Below the pieces are notes generated by a model that was not told the origin of the DNA, ran no database searches, and saw only the letters and a program-made list of their open reading frames with translations. 59,502 nt of DNA. It comes from Chiloscyllium plagiosum. Lineage: Eukaryota. Positions 36,510 through 49,534 of this stretch are shown here, one piece after another; positions within the stretch are counted from its first letter, which is position 1; every line of letters starts with the position of its first letter. The stretch spans positions 3,065,382 to 3,124,883 of the forward strand of contig NC_057759.1 of NCBI RefSeq assembly GCF_004010195.1. The letters run 5' to 3'. Made by a program: the position numbers and the translations under genes.

Positions 36510-39500
36510 TATGTATTTTACAAACAAATGTTATGTATTTTAAATTTACAGTACACTCTGAGACGGCTAGCTAGTGATCGGACAGGTACTTGTAACCTCT
36601 CAGTATTCACTCTCTCTTAAATGTATAGTACACACTTCATAACACCGTCCTGCATAAGAAAAAATGAGTCATCACAAAGAAAATCTGGCATCACTTTTTT
36701 TTATTCTTAATTGCTTAACAATTAAATACATGGGACATTAATCTAAGTTTATGTTAATTTCTGCACATATATTTTGTATACGCACACATACATATATAAA
36801 TATATAAGACTGATATCTGTTCCATCTTTTCTGTACTTTTATTCGTTAAGTCCAAGAAAATTTATCTGCTATCATTTATTTACGAACCGCAACATTTACA
36901 ATTTGTAAATTAAAATTCTGTAACATAAGAATCCAAAGAAATAGTCTTATATTCTTGATTTAAATCGATCCAAAATGTAAGAGGATTATGATTTATGTTC
37001 ACAACTGTCTCTGACACATTGTACATCACATAAACATTAAAATGTTTTAAGGATAGTATCAATCTCACTAATTTGTTTTACATGGTAGAGTAATTTAGCT
37101 GGTGGATGTTGAGCTTCTTTGAAAAGTAGCCAAGTGGCATCTCTATGGCAAACAATACAAATGGGATACCTTTACTCAATCATTCGGGTGATTCTGACAG
37201 TACATTCCTAACAGGGTGTTTTGGGTCTGATGCTGCCTTTCTGAAGCTCTCTGAGATTCAGGATGACATGAACTTGATTTAAAATGCTGTAAGCTTACGC
37301 TGTCTTTGACTTCCTTAAACAGCCTCGCATTAAAGTTAGACCCCTGGTCTAATTGAATCTCTCTGGGTAGCACATACTGCGTGAAGAAAGCCACTAACTC
37401 CTGCACCACACTTCTTGCCTTTAAACTCGACAATGGATTTACATCCAGAAATCTGGTCGACACATCCATTATGATCAGCAAGTAAAGAGTCTCATTTTTA
37501 GTTTTAGGGAGGGGAAGTACACAATCAATCATAACCGTGTGAAAGGTTCTTTGAATATGGGCATTGGCAATAAAGGTCCTGGTTTTATTGCTGCTTACCT
37601 ACCATTTGGCATGTATGATATGTACGGCAAATGTTAATGAAATGCTTTTGCGTTCCAGACTAATAGTAACACTTTTGTGCCTTAGCTTGAGTCTTCCTTA
37701 CACCTGAATCACCTCCTACTGGTAATTCACTTGCTACCTGTAATACTACCTTACTCTGTACTATCGGCAACACAGTCTAATGGACTTCTGCCCATTTCTC
37801 CTCTACACTAACCTGCTGTGGTATCCATTTTCATCTTAGGATTCTATCTTTAAGATAATAGCCATCAGGAATACATCCTGACGCATTTTCTGAGTACGCA
37901 TCAATAGAAATATGTTTTACTTTCTCGTAATTCTGTTGTAAGTCCATTAGCCTTTGAGGATTGAATACTTCTTCCTGACCCTCTGCACCATTCAATTTTA
38001 TCCTGCACCCATTGCATCAAACATGGTGTCGGCTGACTCATTTTTTCTCTTTAATTTTGCTTCGTGCTGTGACCTTGTTACTACACAGCCAGAAGAAGAA
38101 TACAGTTAATTCCTCTCTTAACTTATCAGTTCCTTATTCTTCTTTTGGCTTCTACTCAACAAGGAGCGTCACTCCCAATGTTGATCGTGCTAAATCGTTC
38201 CCAAGAACAAATTGTAGTCATGGAACTAACATCCTGTCTATCACTCTCACTGTTATTTCCCCAGTCTGAGGTAAACAGTCCAACCTGAACTGACACAAGA
38301 GAATGCTAACTTTCTGTCCATCTATCCCATAAATTACGACTGTCTCGGGTAAAATGTCAGAAATAGTGCAAACACGTTCATCTCTTAATAATAGAAGCTG
38401 TTTCGATCCTGTATATCTCAAAATTATGACTTCTTTCACTTCTGCTTCTGTTCTTTCTGAGTAAATTTTACCCACAGAGGCGACTTCTTTATAAAGATCA
38501 GGCACTAACTCATTACCCAGCCCCTGCCTAGCCTGTGCACTTTCTCGCAAGTCCTCGAATTTTCTTGGGGTTTCCTTTGCAAATTTTCCTAATGCCTCTT
38601 TTACGACAGCCTTTCCAAAAGTGCCTTTCTTTAACGACCAGCGCCATGACATTACGTGTGCCACTTCTGGTTGTGAAAATACCTTTTCGCAGTGTCTTCC
38701 TTAAATCACCAGCAAAAGACATTTTCTGTGCCCCACTCCATTACCGTGAAAAAACCTGAGGCCTTTCATTTCCTTTCAACCCTCTTGGGCATCTTTTTTT
38801 TTACTTGTGGTAAACTATTACCAGTGTGCTCTACTCTTTTTTAAATGGAGGATGTCACCTTCTCCAAATTGTTATCCCTCAGGGAATGAAATTCTTGCCA
38901 GAAGCTAAGTTTTGCCTTTTGCACCAATGCATATTCATTGGCCATCTCTTCCGCTTTTCTCACTTTATGAAATTTTTAGTCATTCACCAAAAGTCAGGTC
39001 ATCTCTGTAAGTGATTCATTAAACTACTCTAGCAGAATAATCTCTTTTAGAACCTCATGAATCTTATCTATTATTAATGCCTGCACACATCTATCAAAAT
39101 TATTGAGTTTAATTCTTTCAAACTCAAGGTAAGTCTGACGTGATTCCTTCTTTATGTTTCAGAATCGCTGTCTGTACGCTTCTGGTACGTGTTCGCAAGC
39201 CTCAAAATAGCCTGTTTGACTTCTATATAATCTCATGACATCTCATCTGACAGCTCTGCAAATACCTCACTGGCTCTGCCTATCAGCTTGGCCTGAACTA
39301 GCATTATCCACAAGTTCTCTGACCACGCCATCTGCTTAGCCATTTGTTCAAATGAAATAAAGCAGTTTTTGACATCTTTCGCATCAAAGTGTGGTAATAA
39401 TTTAAAATGTTTGTATACATCACTCTCGTCATTCTTCAACCCGATCTTTCAACTTTACCTTCCTGATTAATTCTCAACTTTGCAAATTCAAATTCTCTCT

Positions 39501-41362
39501 TCATTTCTCTTTCTCTTTCTTCTCCCTCTCTCTCTCTCTCTTTGCTCATGGAAGCAACTTCTCTCTTTTTTTGAATTTTCACGTCTCTCTTTGTTCTCTG
39601 TCTCTTTAGCCTTCTTTATTTCTAACTCACTGCATTTGTCTGTTTTTCTGACACATCTAAGTGCTTGACTAACTCCCTTACTACTTTAGTTTTGCTTTTG
39701 TCCCTGTTTAGACCAAATTCTAATCTATTTACTAATTCCAAAAGTATGCCCGACTTCGGTCTTTCTAAACTTCCTTGACACATTTGGAAATCATCTTGAA
39801 ACCTCATAACCTCTTTCGCAATTTTAAGACCCATATCTCTGATTTACAATTTAACAAACCACAAGTAACCGAATTTAAATAAATTGTCTCACCTATATTA
39901 CATTTACAGATATAGGAGACTAACCGGCATGTGTTTAAATCTATTAAGATCTTTCGTACCCCAAATCTGTTCAAATCTACCCCAAATCTCAGATTTGATT
40001 TTTCTAAACCTGTCCAAATCAAGGATCAAAGCCGCCAAAGTATTGCAACACGATGGAGAAATCTTCTGTTAATTAAACCAAAAAGCCAAGAAAACTCACC
40101 TCGCCTCGTTATCTGTTAAAACATTTCTGCAAAAACATCAAGCTTTTCCTTAATTCTAAAAGTGGACATTAAACAACAACCATTTACAAATCTAAGCCTT
40201 TTTTCTCTGAATTGCATATTATCTGCCTTCGACTCTACAACTGTTCCAATACTACAACTACTCCACTGTTCCAATCAAAACTCTTATTAAAATTGCGCCA
40301 GCTTAATTTCAAAGCCATTCTGAGGCTGCAGTCGTCAGTATCTGTTTTCATTCAGCTTGAGATCTGCCTGGGTCGACTTCTTTCTTTTTTACTGTGAAGA
40401 TGTTTCGCATGAAAAAGGTACCTTTGATCGAGAATGATTTTGTATGGCAATCTTTCTCGATAGTAGTTACTCTCTCGATTGCAGTTGCTTTCTGTCTGAC
40501 TTTCAAATTGCCTGCCATTTTTATTTCTTTTTTTTTGGCCAGGTCCAGGACACTTTTTTTTACACTCCTTTTTTTTCTTTTATTAACCCCCACACTACCA
40601 CCTAAGTGCGGTAGTGCTCGATTGCAGTTGCTTTCTGTCTGACTTTCAAATTGCCTGCCAGTTTTATTTCTTTCTTTCTGGCCAGGCCCAGGACACTTTT
40701 TTTTTTACACTCCTTTTTTTTTTCTTTTATTAATCCCCACACTACCACCTAAGTGCGGTAGTGCTTATTTTATCCCCAGCACCCATGGTGTGTGTGTGCA
40801 GGTGGGAGACACAGTGAGACACAAAGTGCACNNNNNNNNNNNNNNNNNNNNNNNNNNNNNNNNNNNNNNNNNNNCCGCGGAAGAGGGGCAGGCAGAATCT
40901 CCTGCTATTTTTTTTTTCCTTCTTTTTTTTTGAGGGAGAAATGATGCACTCCACTCCCTGCGGCGCCCACCTCTCCCTGAACAACTCCAGGGTGTTGGTC
41001 GACACCGCGTGCTCCTTCTCCAAGGACACCCGGGCTCTAACGTAACCGCGGAAGAGGGGCAGGCAGTCAGCCCTAAGCCTGCCATTTTTATTCCACAGCA
41101 TTGAATGATCTCATTGGTTCAACATTGGCAATACAATAAATAGCATCCTGGGGGATCATTTAAACTGATTAGTTAAATTCGAATTGTTGTCTAAACAGCA
41201 ACCAACTCAGCTGCCAATTTACAGCCAAATGTTACATATTTTCAATTTTACAGTACATTCTGAAACTGCTAGCTAGTCATATGACAGGTGCTCGTAAGTT
41301 CTCAGTGCAAAACATCACTCACTCTCGCTTAAAGGTAGACTACACGCCTTCAACTTTATAAC
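35900..41362 (-). mobile_element. Gmr1-type Gypsy LTR retrotransposon, decayed and internally deleted
   Basis: LTRs at about 40041-41362 and 35900-36644 share 'aattgttgtc.aaacagcaa.caactcag'. Gag 'FISFEQMAKQMAW...AKLIGRASEVF', protease 'IILRYTGS', integrase 'IDCVLPLPKTK..LIIMDVSTRF..IQLDQGSNF', then RNase H 'GYFSKKL'. Confidence 0.85.
40510..41092 (-). mobile_element. Short Tx1 3'-end insertion(s) with a 16-bp TSD inside the Gypsy LTR
   Basis: GCCTGCCATTTTTATT at 40510-40525 and 41077-41092; 'ADCLPLFRGYVRARVSLEKEHAVSTNTLELFRERWAPQGVECIISP'; A-rich tail on the minus strand. Confidence 0.88.
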
Positions 41363-41879
41363 ACTAGCAGGTTTATTTGAAATCAGAAGCTGTTGGAGCG
41401 CAAGCCATTGACCAACTGAAGTTAGAGATAGCAATGGTGTGAGTGAAGTGTCAAAAACTTAGTCCTGGCACGTGTTCAAAAGTGTCTGATGGTGTGTGAA
41501 AAGTGTTCACTGCTGAATACCAATCGAAGAGATAACCTATTATCCAATTAATTGAGGCATACATATAACTATAAAAAATAAAAATAAGTTGGTAAAGGAT
41601 ACAAACCAAATGTGAAGGATGACGTCACAGGTATAACAGTGTGCCAAAGGTCTAATTATAGTAAGAAGTACAGGGTGACCCCCATGTCAGTTTCTATGTT
41701 TTCAGTTACTCAAGGTTTACTGAGGCCCGAACATTTTACGGGGAACTTCCAGAAACAGGGATTGGGGGCTGCGGAGAAGGTAAATTTCCCATTTAATTGA
41801 AAGAGTTCGCTCCGATCCGTGATTTCAGGCTTCTGTCATTGGACTGGGAAAGTAATCACCGCAGCTACAGAGGGAATAC

Positions 41880-44130
41880 TGTAATACAAAGCAGTGAACA
41901 TTGTTAAGCTGTGGAGGTCGAACCCCTCTGCTAATTAAAACCAACCATCCAGCAAAGTTCGCCTTGCCTGTTCTCGTAATCTGTTCAAAATATTTGAATG
42001 AAAGAACTGCTCTGATTCCACTGTAGCAATACGGAGTTCCAATTTATTTATTTAACACTACTAGTGAACATTAACTGAAACGATTTACAAAACGAACACT
42101 CTTTCTCCTAACTAACCACTACCCTTCAGCTGAATACAATTATATTAATGTGATCTTCCAGTAACACAATTATTAAACAATAAATGAACTGGTTGAAGTT
42201 CATATAATCTCGTATGTTTTCATCCTTCTGGTCTTCCGACTCTGCTGTCTTCTCCCTGAGCCGTCATCATACTTTTTCAGTGTTTTCGCAAGAAAAGGTA
42301 CCTTTTGATAGATGGTCCCTTCTGAAATTTCTTTAAATTCAAGATTATGGGAAGTTAGCTCTCTGGCTCTATGGCAGATGCTCTTCTGTGAGATGCCCAT
42401 TATTTATACTCAAACATCATTCCCTCCCATCGGTCCCATTCTGTCAGTACAATAAAAACAAACCCAATTGGATTTTAGCATCGAAGAAATAACAGAAATT
42501 AATTGGTTAAAATTGAATTGTTGTCAAAACTGCAACCAAAACTCAGGTATCCATTTAACAGCCAATTGTCATATGTATCTATTTTTGAACAGCCCATTTC
42601 TTAGCTCTTCTGCATTCTGGCAGGTCTGGCTGAATATATAATTCAGAAAAATGCCTTACTATATGAAAGTGACCATAAACAGTTATGGGCTGCAGGTGGC
42701 TCAGTGGTTAGCACTGATGCCTCACATTGCCAGGTACCCGGATTCGATTTCACCTTTGCGTGACTGTGTGGCGTGCACCCATTCTCCCCGTGTCTGCATG
42801 AGTTTTCTCTGGGTGCTCCGGTTTGGTCCCACAATGTAAAGATGTGCAGGTCAGGTGAATTGGACATGATAAACTGCCCACAGTGTTAGATGCATTTGTC
42901 AGGCATAACTATCAGGTCGGAAAATAGCTCTGCATGGGTTACTCTTCGGAGAGTCAGTGTGAACTTGTTCAGCCTACTGGCCTGTTTTCACACTGTACAG
43001 AATCTAATCTAGTCTAATCTGCACTCTTCTAACTTCGTAACACGTCTTTCCTTGGCGGAAAAAGTGGGCAATCATCATGAAAATATGGCTTCATTTTTCA
43101 GTTTCTTTTCTCTAAATCTCAATGCCATTATAAGGGCATACATAAGTTATTAATCTAAGTTGTACGTCTCACATTAATGCTAAATCTATATATAAGACTG
43201 AAATAGATATGATCCAATCGTATCTGCCCTTTCTCTTTTAAATCTGCAATAACACGTGCAACATCATTTTTACGACCTGCCACATGTATAATTTGGAAAG
43301 TAAAATTCTGTAACGTAAGATTCCAACGACATAGTTTTACACTTTTATCTTCAAATCTTTCTAGAAACGTGAGAATGTTGTCGTTCGTCTGCACAACTAT
43401 CTCCGACACATTGTTTGACACATAACCTAGTAAAATATTGGAAGGCCAGTACCAAATAAAATAACTCTGTTTCAATGTGACGTATTTTCTCTGGGGGTTA
43501 TTGAGTTGTTTAGGGAAGTAGCCAATTGGCCATTCAATTCCATCATCATTTTCCTGCATCAATACAGCTCCAACATCTATATCCATAGTATCGATTGCAA
43601 CTTAAAGGGCTTTGAAAGTAAAATGTGGAGTGGCTAGAAGTGTTGCGATGGTGAAGACTGTGTTTAAATTGTCAAATGCCTGAAATTTCGTGTTTCTCTT
43701 AAGCAAATCTGGCAGTGGTGTCACCACGCTGCTGAAATTTGATACAAACTTCCTGAAGAATCCACACAATCCCAAAAATCAAAGCACCTCTTTCTTTGAA
43801 GATGGTCGTAGAAATTCCTCGATGGTCTTCATCTTCACATTCCTTGGGATCAACTTCCATGTCCGAAGTTATGTCCCAAAAATATTACCTCTGGCTTCAC
43901 GAATTCTGTTTTCTTGAAGTTTGTTACAAGTTTTACTTTTCATAATCATTCAAAAGCTTCACCAACTGTACGATTTGATCTTTCCATGAATGGAATGAGA
44001 TGAATGTAAAAATTAATCAATTAGACCACAACTCTGTTCACGATGCTTTGGAAAGTGTCTGGTGCGTTCTTCATTCCAAAGGGCATCATTTTGAATTGCC
44101 ATAGCCCATTTGGGATTCAAATGCTAAACG
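41880..44130 (-). mobile_element. Second Gypsy-like element: RT/RNase H remnant plus 3' LTR (about 41880-43042)
   Basis: 'GLWQFKMMPFGMKNAPDTFQ' (about 44050-44110), 'DVGAVLMQENDDGIEWPIGYFPKQLN'; the LTR resembles 40041-41362 and has TG...CA ends. Confidence 0.82.
42686..43020 (+). mobile_element. Full-length HE1-like tRNA-derived SINE inside the LTR
   Basis: A box 'gtggctcagtggttagcac', B box 'ggattcgatt', core, and tail 'ggcctgttttcacactgta..aatctaatct'. Confidence 0.9.
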
Positions 44131-45719
44131 TTTTCGCTTTCTGATACCAAATTTATAAGAAAGCGAAAAGGAGACTTATTTTCCCTTCTGAAAGTTTATA
44201 ATAAGTCTTTGCAAAACTGTTACTCAGAGAGAATTGGAGGAAGAGACGTTGAATATTTTTCATGCACAGACTGATAGATTCATGAATAGCAACAAAGTAA
44301 AGGATTGCGCGTTGTCAGAAATATGCAGTTTCCGGTCAAAAATGCAACTGTGGATGACCAGAATATCAAGAAGTGCAACGCCAAAAAAAGATAATTCATA
44401 GAAAAATTTATAATTCTCACAGCTATAGAACAAAGCAATTATTGTCCCAGAGGACCATGGGGCAGTTCTCTCATTCTCGATCGATCACTCGTAGTGTTTT
44501 ACCCTGACGGTCCCCACAACTTGATTGAGGGTAGAGTTTGTGGAAGCGGGCTATTAATGGCAATCTCCTTCCGTGTGGGGAATTGAATTTGTGCTTTTGA
44601 CTTCCCTCTACATCACAACACAACCATCCCACCAATTGAGTGGGAGTCTATGAAACTGCTATAGACAGAAATAGTCAACGACGAAAGAAAATAGAAACTT
44701 GGATGGCAAGGGAAAAACGACAAGCCAGATAACGTTCACGATAATGGCTGAGTAGAGCAAAAACATTTCCTGCCAGAAATTGCATTTTACAATTAGACCA
44801 ATGTTTAGATGCTGTCTGTGGATGAATACAATGATGTGAAACGAGCGAAATAACCACAATTAGTAATTGTCATTGGATGTTGATAACAATGAATTAAGGC
44901 TATATTTCTGATCAGACTGCGGAAAGTGCTCTTACGTTTACATAAAAGTATAAAACTAATGCAATATATTATTTAAACTGACCGTCCTCGTGACAGATAA
45001 ATGGCTGCCGAACACATGCTTGAAGAAAACCCGTGTAAGAAGTTCCTGAGTGTTGCCTGTTTGGTGTCAGAAAAATAAGGGGTTGAGTGACTGAATGTTC
45101 TGGCAAAATGAAGCTCAGGACACCATCAGATCAACCCCGATCTTATTGAATGTTGGAGCAGGTTTGACATTCTCCAGAACATTCTATAACTGACAATGGA
45201 AGCCCCTTATGCTGGTTTGCTGCAATGGGCCCTTTGAGAGAGATTGTGTTGTTGGTATTTTAGCTTGCTTTTCTTTTTTATCTGAACCTATCATTACACT
45301 ATTTATTGCTGAATTGTAATAATTTTTTCTTCATATATTCTGTATCTACTGATTGTATGTATGTGCTCTGAACCTAAGATTGCACTGTGTGTTGGTGACA
45401 ATGTTACACTGTAACTAATCTTGTCAGTGAAGATGTGCCTAGGTAACTTTGTACCAATGAAATCGTTGTAAGTGGCGACTTATACACTTTATATTTTTGT
45501 ACACTCTATATTTGAGTAGATGTCACAAAATTGCTCATTAATCATTGATTCATTCATTCTTTGAAAAAGAAAATCATAAATTTCATTTCCTGGAACATTT
45601 TACAATCCACATTCTTGGGAACATTCTGCTCTCTTTTTAAACTTTGCCTGAACGTAGGAAATATATATCTCCTGGCTATATGAATATATATATATTTATA
45701 TATATATCTTTATAAAATT

Positions 45720-46360
45720 CTTTCCCTGCACCCATGTCACGTATGTGCAGTTGCAGGACATAGAACATAGAACATAGAAGAATACAGCGCAGTACAGGCC
45801 CTTTGGCCCTCGATGTTGCGCCGATCCAAGCCCACCTAACATACACTAGCCCACTATCCTCCATATGCCTATCCAATGCCCGCTTAAATGCCCATAAAGA
45901 GGGAGAGTCCACCACTGCTACTGGCAGGGCATTCCATGAACTCACGACTCGCTGAGTAAAGAACCTACCCCTAACATCTGTCCTATACCTACCACCCCTT
46001 AAGTTAAAGCTATGCCCCCCTTAACTTAAAGCTAGGACATGGTGAAGAAACATCATGTGCAGAAACTCTATTCATAATCCATAAGTAGGAATAAGCAAAC
46101 AAACACCAAAGTGGCCAGTGATAAGCAGTGCCCGTTCTTTAAGGGTAATGGCAACACGATTGAAAAAGTGAGGAGGAGGAGGATAGGACGAAATGCAAAT
46201 AGAACTGGAGACGTTAATGAAGCACTCCACGCCCTGCCGTTCCCACTTGTCCCTGAAGACCTCGAGAGAGTTGGTGGACGCCATGTGCCCCTTCTCTGGG
46301 TACATCCAGGCCAGAACCTACCCAACTGTGAAAGGGGACAGGCAGTTGTCGGGAACACTC
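45720..46360 (-). mobile_element. Diverged Tx1-family 3' end, interrupted by a CR1 tail
   Basis: 'YPEKGHMASTNSLEVFRDKWERQGVECFINVSSSICI' parallels the Tx1 ORF2 C-terminus; UTR motif 'aagtggccagtgataagcagtgccc' as at about 23020. Confidence 0.8.
45762..46033 (-). mobile_element. CR1 3' fragment with 7-bp TSD AGGACAT
   Basis: AGGACAT at 45755-45761 and 46034-46040; (TTCTATG)n tail; 'WNALPVAVVDSPSLWAFKRALDRHM'. Confidence 0.9.
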
Positions 46361-46932
46361 CATACCCGGCATATTTTGTGAAACTCTAGATGTCAGTTAA
46401 CTGAAGAAGAGCTAAGCGTATCAGGGAAGAAATGCAGTTCTAAGGAGAAGGATACAATGTTTTGAATTTTGCTGAGGCAGTTAAAGGGGTAAATACGTTT
46501 TCCCTTTATTTACATTCATCATTACAGAGGACTGACTACAATCTGGACAAAAAAGATAGGCATTCCAAAACTCCATTTTTCTTCCTGGAACTGAGAGAGA
46601 ATCCTTCGTGATCCCAACGTCTTTACTCTCTGTATTAGCAACTGTAAAGATGTGATCCCTGTCTGCCCTCAAGTAATCCAGTGTGTGGGAATGTTCTGGA
46701 AATCACCTTTTCTTATTGACGTGTTTTACTGGGTTTAGGGAGGGAGTATATCTTGTGAATTGCTTCACATTCGGGTAAATAATTCACATATTAACATTTA
46801 TCATTTCAGCTCTAATTCTTCCAAAAAATCTCTTAATAAAGTAACACATTTGAAAATTTGACTGGAGCCTTAATCAAATGGGTAACTTTGTTTCTAGATT
46901 GTTTACACTTTGTTTGCATACTTTCCTCACAG

Positions 46933-47840
46933 TTAACATCGTGACGATCTTCGTTCTGCTTTATAAAGATTGTGGGCTGTCTCCGTGTGTCAGTCGTTAC
47001 CTGGCGGCCATGGCAGTGGTGGATCTACTGGTCATTATCCTCGACCTGATATTGAGACACATTCCAATTGTTTATTGGCAGCAATTTTATTTCCTGAATA
47101 ACATGCTTGTTTGTAATATCCATGCCATCCTGGTTTATGCATCCGCTGACTGTTCTGTCTGGTTCACCGTTACTTTCACCTTTGATAGGTTTGTGGCCAT
47201 TTGTTGCCAGAAGCTGAAAAGTAAATTTTGCAGTGAGAAAACGGCGGCTATAGTTCTGGGAACAGTGACTGTGCTGAGCTGTTTAAAGAACATTTTCTGG
47301 TATTTCATGCTCTCAGCTCGATATCGCCTAGCGAACATTCCCTGGTTTTGTTTTGTAACAGAGAATGTTTATTCCTCTCATGTCTGGGCCACAATCGAGT
47401 TCCTCCACCACATTCTAAATCCGATTCTACCATTTCTCTTGATTCTGCTGCTCAATGTTTTCACTGTCAGACACATTTTAGTGACCAGCAGCTCCCGCAG
47501 GAAACTCCGGACTCACATCAAGGGGAACGCTCAGCGTGACACGGAAATGCAAAATCGAAAGAAGTCCATTATTTTGCTGTTTGTGATCTCGGCCAATTTC
47601 ATCCTGTTATGGTCAACGTTCATGGTGTATTGTATATGGATCCGGATGTATTTGATCGGGCATTACTCAGTTCATCTTCCAAACTATGTGCTGGAATTGG
47701 GCTTCATGTTGCAGCTCCTCAGCTGTTGTACAAACACCGTGATTTATGCCGTGACGCAAACTAAGTTCAGACAACACCTGAAAAATGTACTGAAAAATCC
47801 CATTACCCAAATTCAACAATCAATCAAATTCATTCATTAA
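46933..47840 (+). CDS. GPR139-like: GPR139-like GPCR, coding exon 2 (TM1 end to TM7 and C-terminus)
   Basis: Polypyrimidine acceptor 'actttcctcacAG|TT'. Open frame with hydrophobic helices: 'RYLAAMAVVDLLV', 'SVWFTVTFTFDRFVAIC', 'LPFLLILLLN', 'ANFILLW', 'CTNTVIYAVTQTKFR'. Stop TAA ends at 47840. Confidence 0.95.
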
Positions 47841-48037
47841 TCAATCCAGCCGGATTTTCTAATTTAGATTAATTTCTCAGCAATCAAGCAGCCTGTCACT
47901 ACAGTAACACACTAAGGGTAGTGCTGGCTTGTCTCACAGTGGGTTACAGAAACGCATTTCGATGATTCCATCAACACAGAGGCCAGTGAGAAAAGGCACC
48001 ATTCTAGTTGCTGTATCTGTAATCTCAGTATGTAAGT

Positions 48038-48043
48038 AATAAA
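48038..48043 (+). terminator. Candidate polyadenylation signal of the GPCR gene
   Basis: AATAAA about 200 nt after the stop, followed by T/GT-rich sequence. Confidence 0.5.
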
Positions 48044-48599
48044 TTTTTTCATTCATAAGTGCCTAGCAGCAGAGTGAGCTGTATTGTTGGTTGTCTTTGT
48101 GTTGAAGAACTGAGTTGGACAGATGCAGGCCCAGTGTCAATTCCTGGTCTCACGTAAGGGAATGGCATGGGAGCTAAGCTCAGGAGTTGGGTGGAAGTCA
48201 CTCAGTCCTTACTTTCATCTCTGTCAAGATATCTCCCTCTCTTTGACTTTCTTCACACTCTCCATGTCTGTCTTCCTCGAATCACTCTTAGTTTCTGTTG
48301 CTAGGGGTTAGTGCAGCGTGTGACAACACACCGTTGCTCAGAAACTGTGACTGGGGCCACTGTCATTTTCTCGCGTGATAGAATGGGTTTTGAATTTTTA
48401 AAAAAACTCCACAGAGTCCATAAATCCCTGATGTTTGAAAAAAATACCATCTGACTCAGTAATGCCTTTCACAGAGGAATCCTGCCATTCTCAAATGATA
48501 TCGTCACATGTAGAGAAATTTTAAGGTTTTGTTCCTTCATTTTACTTTTCAAAGAGTTTCAGAGTTTTTAAAACATTTTTTCTGCAGATTAACCTAGTC

Positions 48600-49530
48600 A
48601 GACAGTCAGAGTTCTGCAGCATGGAAACAAACTCTTTGGCCCAAACTTTTCCATGCCAACGAAAAGGCTAAACCCATTCCCCTGCACTTGACATATCCTT
48701 CTAAATCGTTCCCATTCATGCATTTGTCCAAATGCCTTTTAAGTTTGTCAAGTACCCGCTTCAAACCACTTCCACTGGCATTTAATTCCATATGCATACC
48801 ACCATATCTGTAAAAGAGAGCCCCTCAGGTTCCCTTTTACTATTTACTCTCTAACTTTAAACTGATGCTCTCTAGTCCGCGATTCCCCAACTCCCCTACC
48901 CTCATCCATTTTTCTAGGCTTCCCCTCTCGACAATCGCTGTTCAAGATGTTGGTCATGCTGCAGACCCGGATTCACTGCGAATTGAGGCCCCATGTTTCA
49001 TCCTGGATCAACTCAACCAAACCTCCTGCTCTCCTTCAATGCAGCATTGCACAACAGGACTTAGAGAAAAATAGCCAGGTACTTGCCAACAACCAGTTGT
49101 TTTCCATAACGTAGGAAATAGGAGCAAGAGCAGGCCACCTGCCTCCTCAACCCTGTGCCGCCATTAAATAAAAGTATGGCTGATTTTAATGTGGACTCAG
49201 CTGCACTTAGCCACCCACTCACCATAATCCTTAATTCCTTTACTATTGAAAAATATGTCTACCTTTACATGAAAAACAGTCAAGAGATGTGCTTCACTGC
49301 TTCGCTTCACAGGGAATTCCACCAGTTTAGAACCCTTTCGATGAAGACGATACTTCTAAACTCAGTCCTAAATCTGATCACTCTAATTTTCAGCATATCC
49401 TGCTTAGATCTAGTTGCCCATGTCAGTGGAAACAATCTCCATCTATCTTATCTATGAACTTTATAATGATATATACTTCTATAAGAGACGCCCCAAAACC
49501 CGTTCTTCGAAATTACAATGAGCATAAAGC
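48600..49530 (-). mobile_element. Degraded CR1-type 3' fragments
   Basis: 'cagcatggaaacaaactctttggccc', 'LKRHLDKCMN', and the tail 'aggaaataggagcaagagcaggcca'. Confidence 0.65.
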
Positions 49531-49534
49531 AAGG

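Noticed and set aside
42686..42765. tRNA-like sequence
   Set aside because: It is a SINE head continuing into SINE core and tail; no complete cloverleaf.
46878..46932. ATG at 46878 as the start of a single-exon GPCR
   Set aside because: It would leave TM1 incomplete; the segment is a polypyrimidine tract and acceptor, and a phase-compatible exon 1 exists at 30165.
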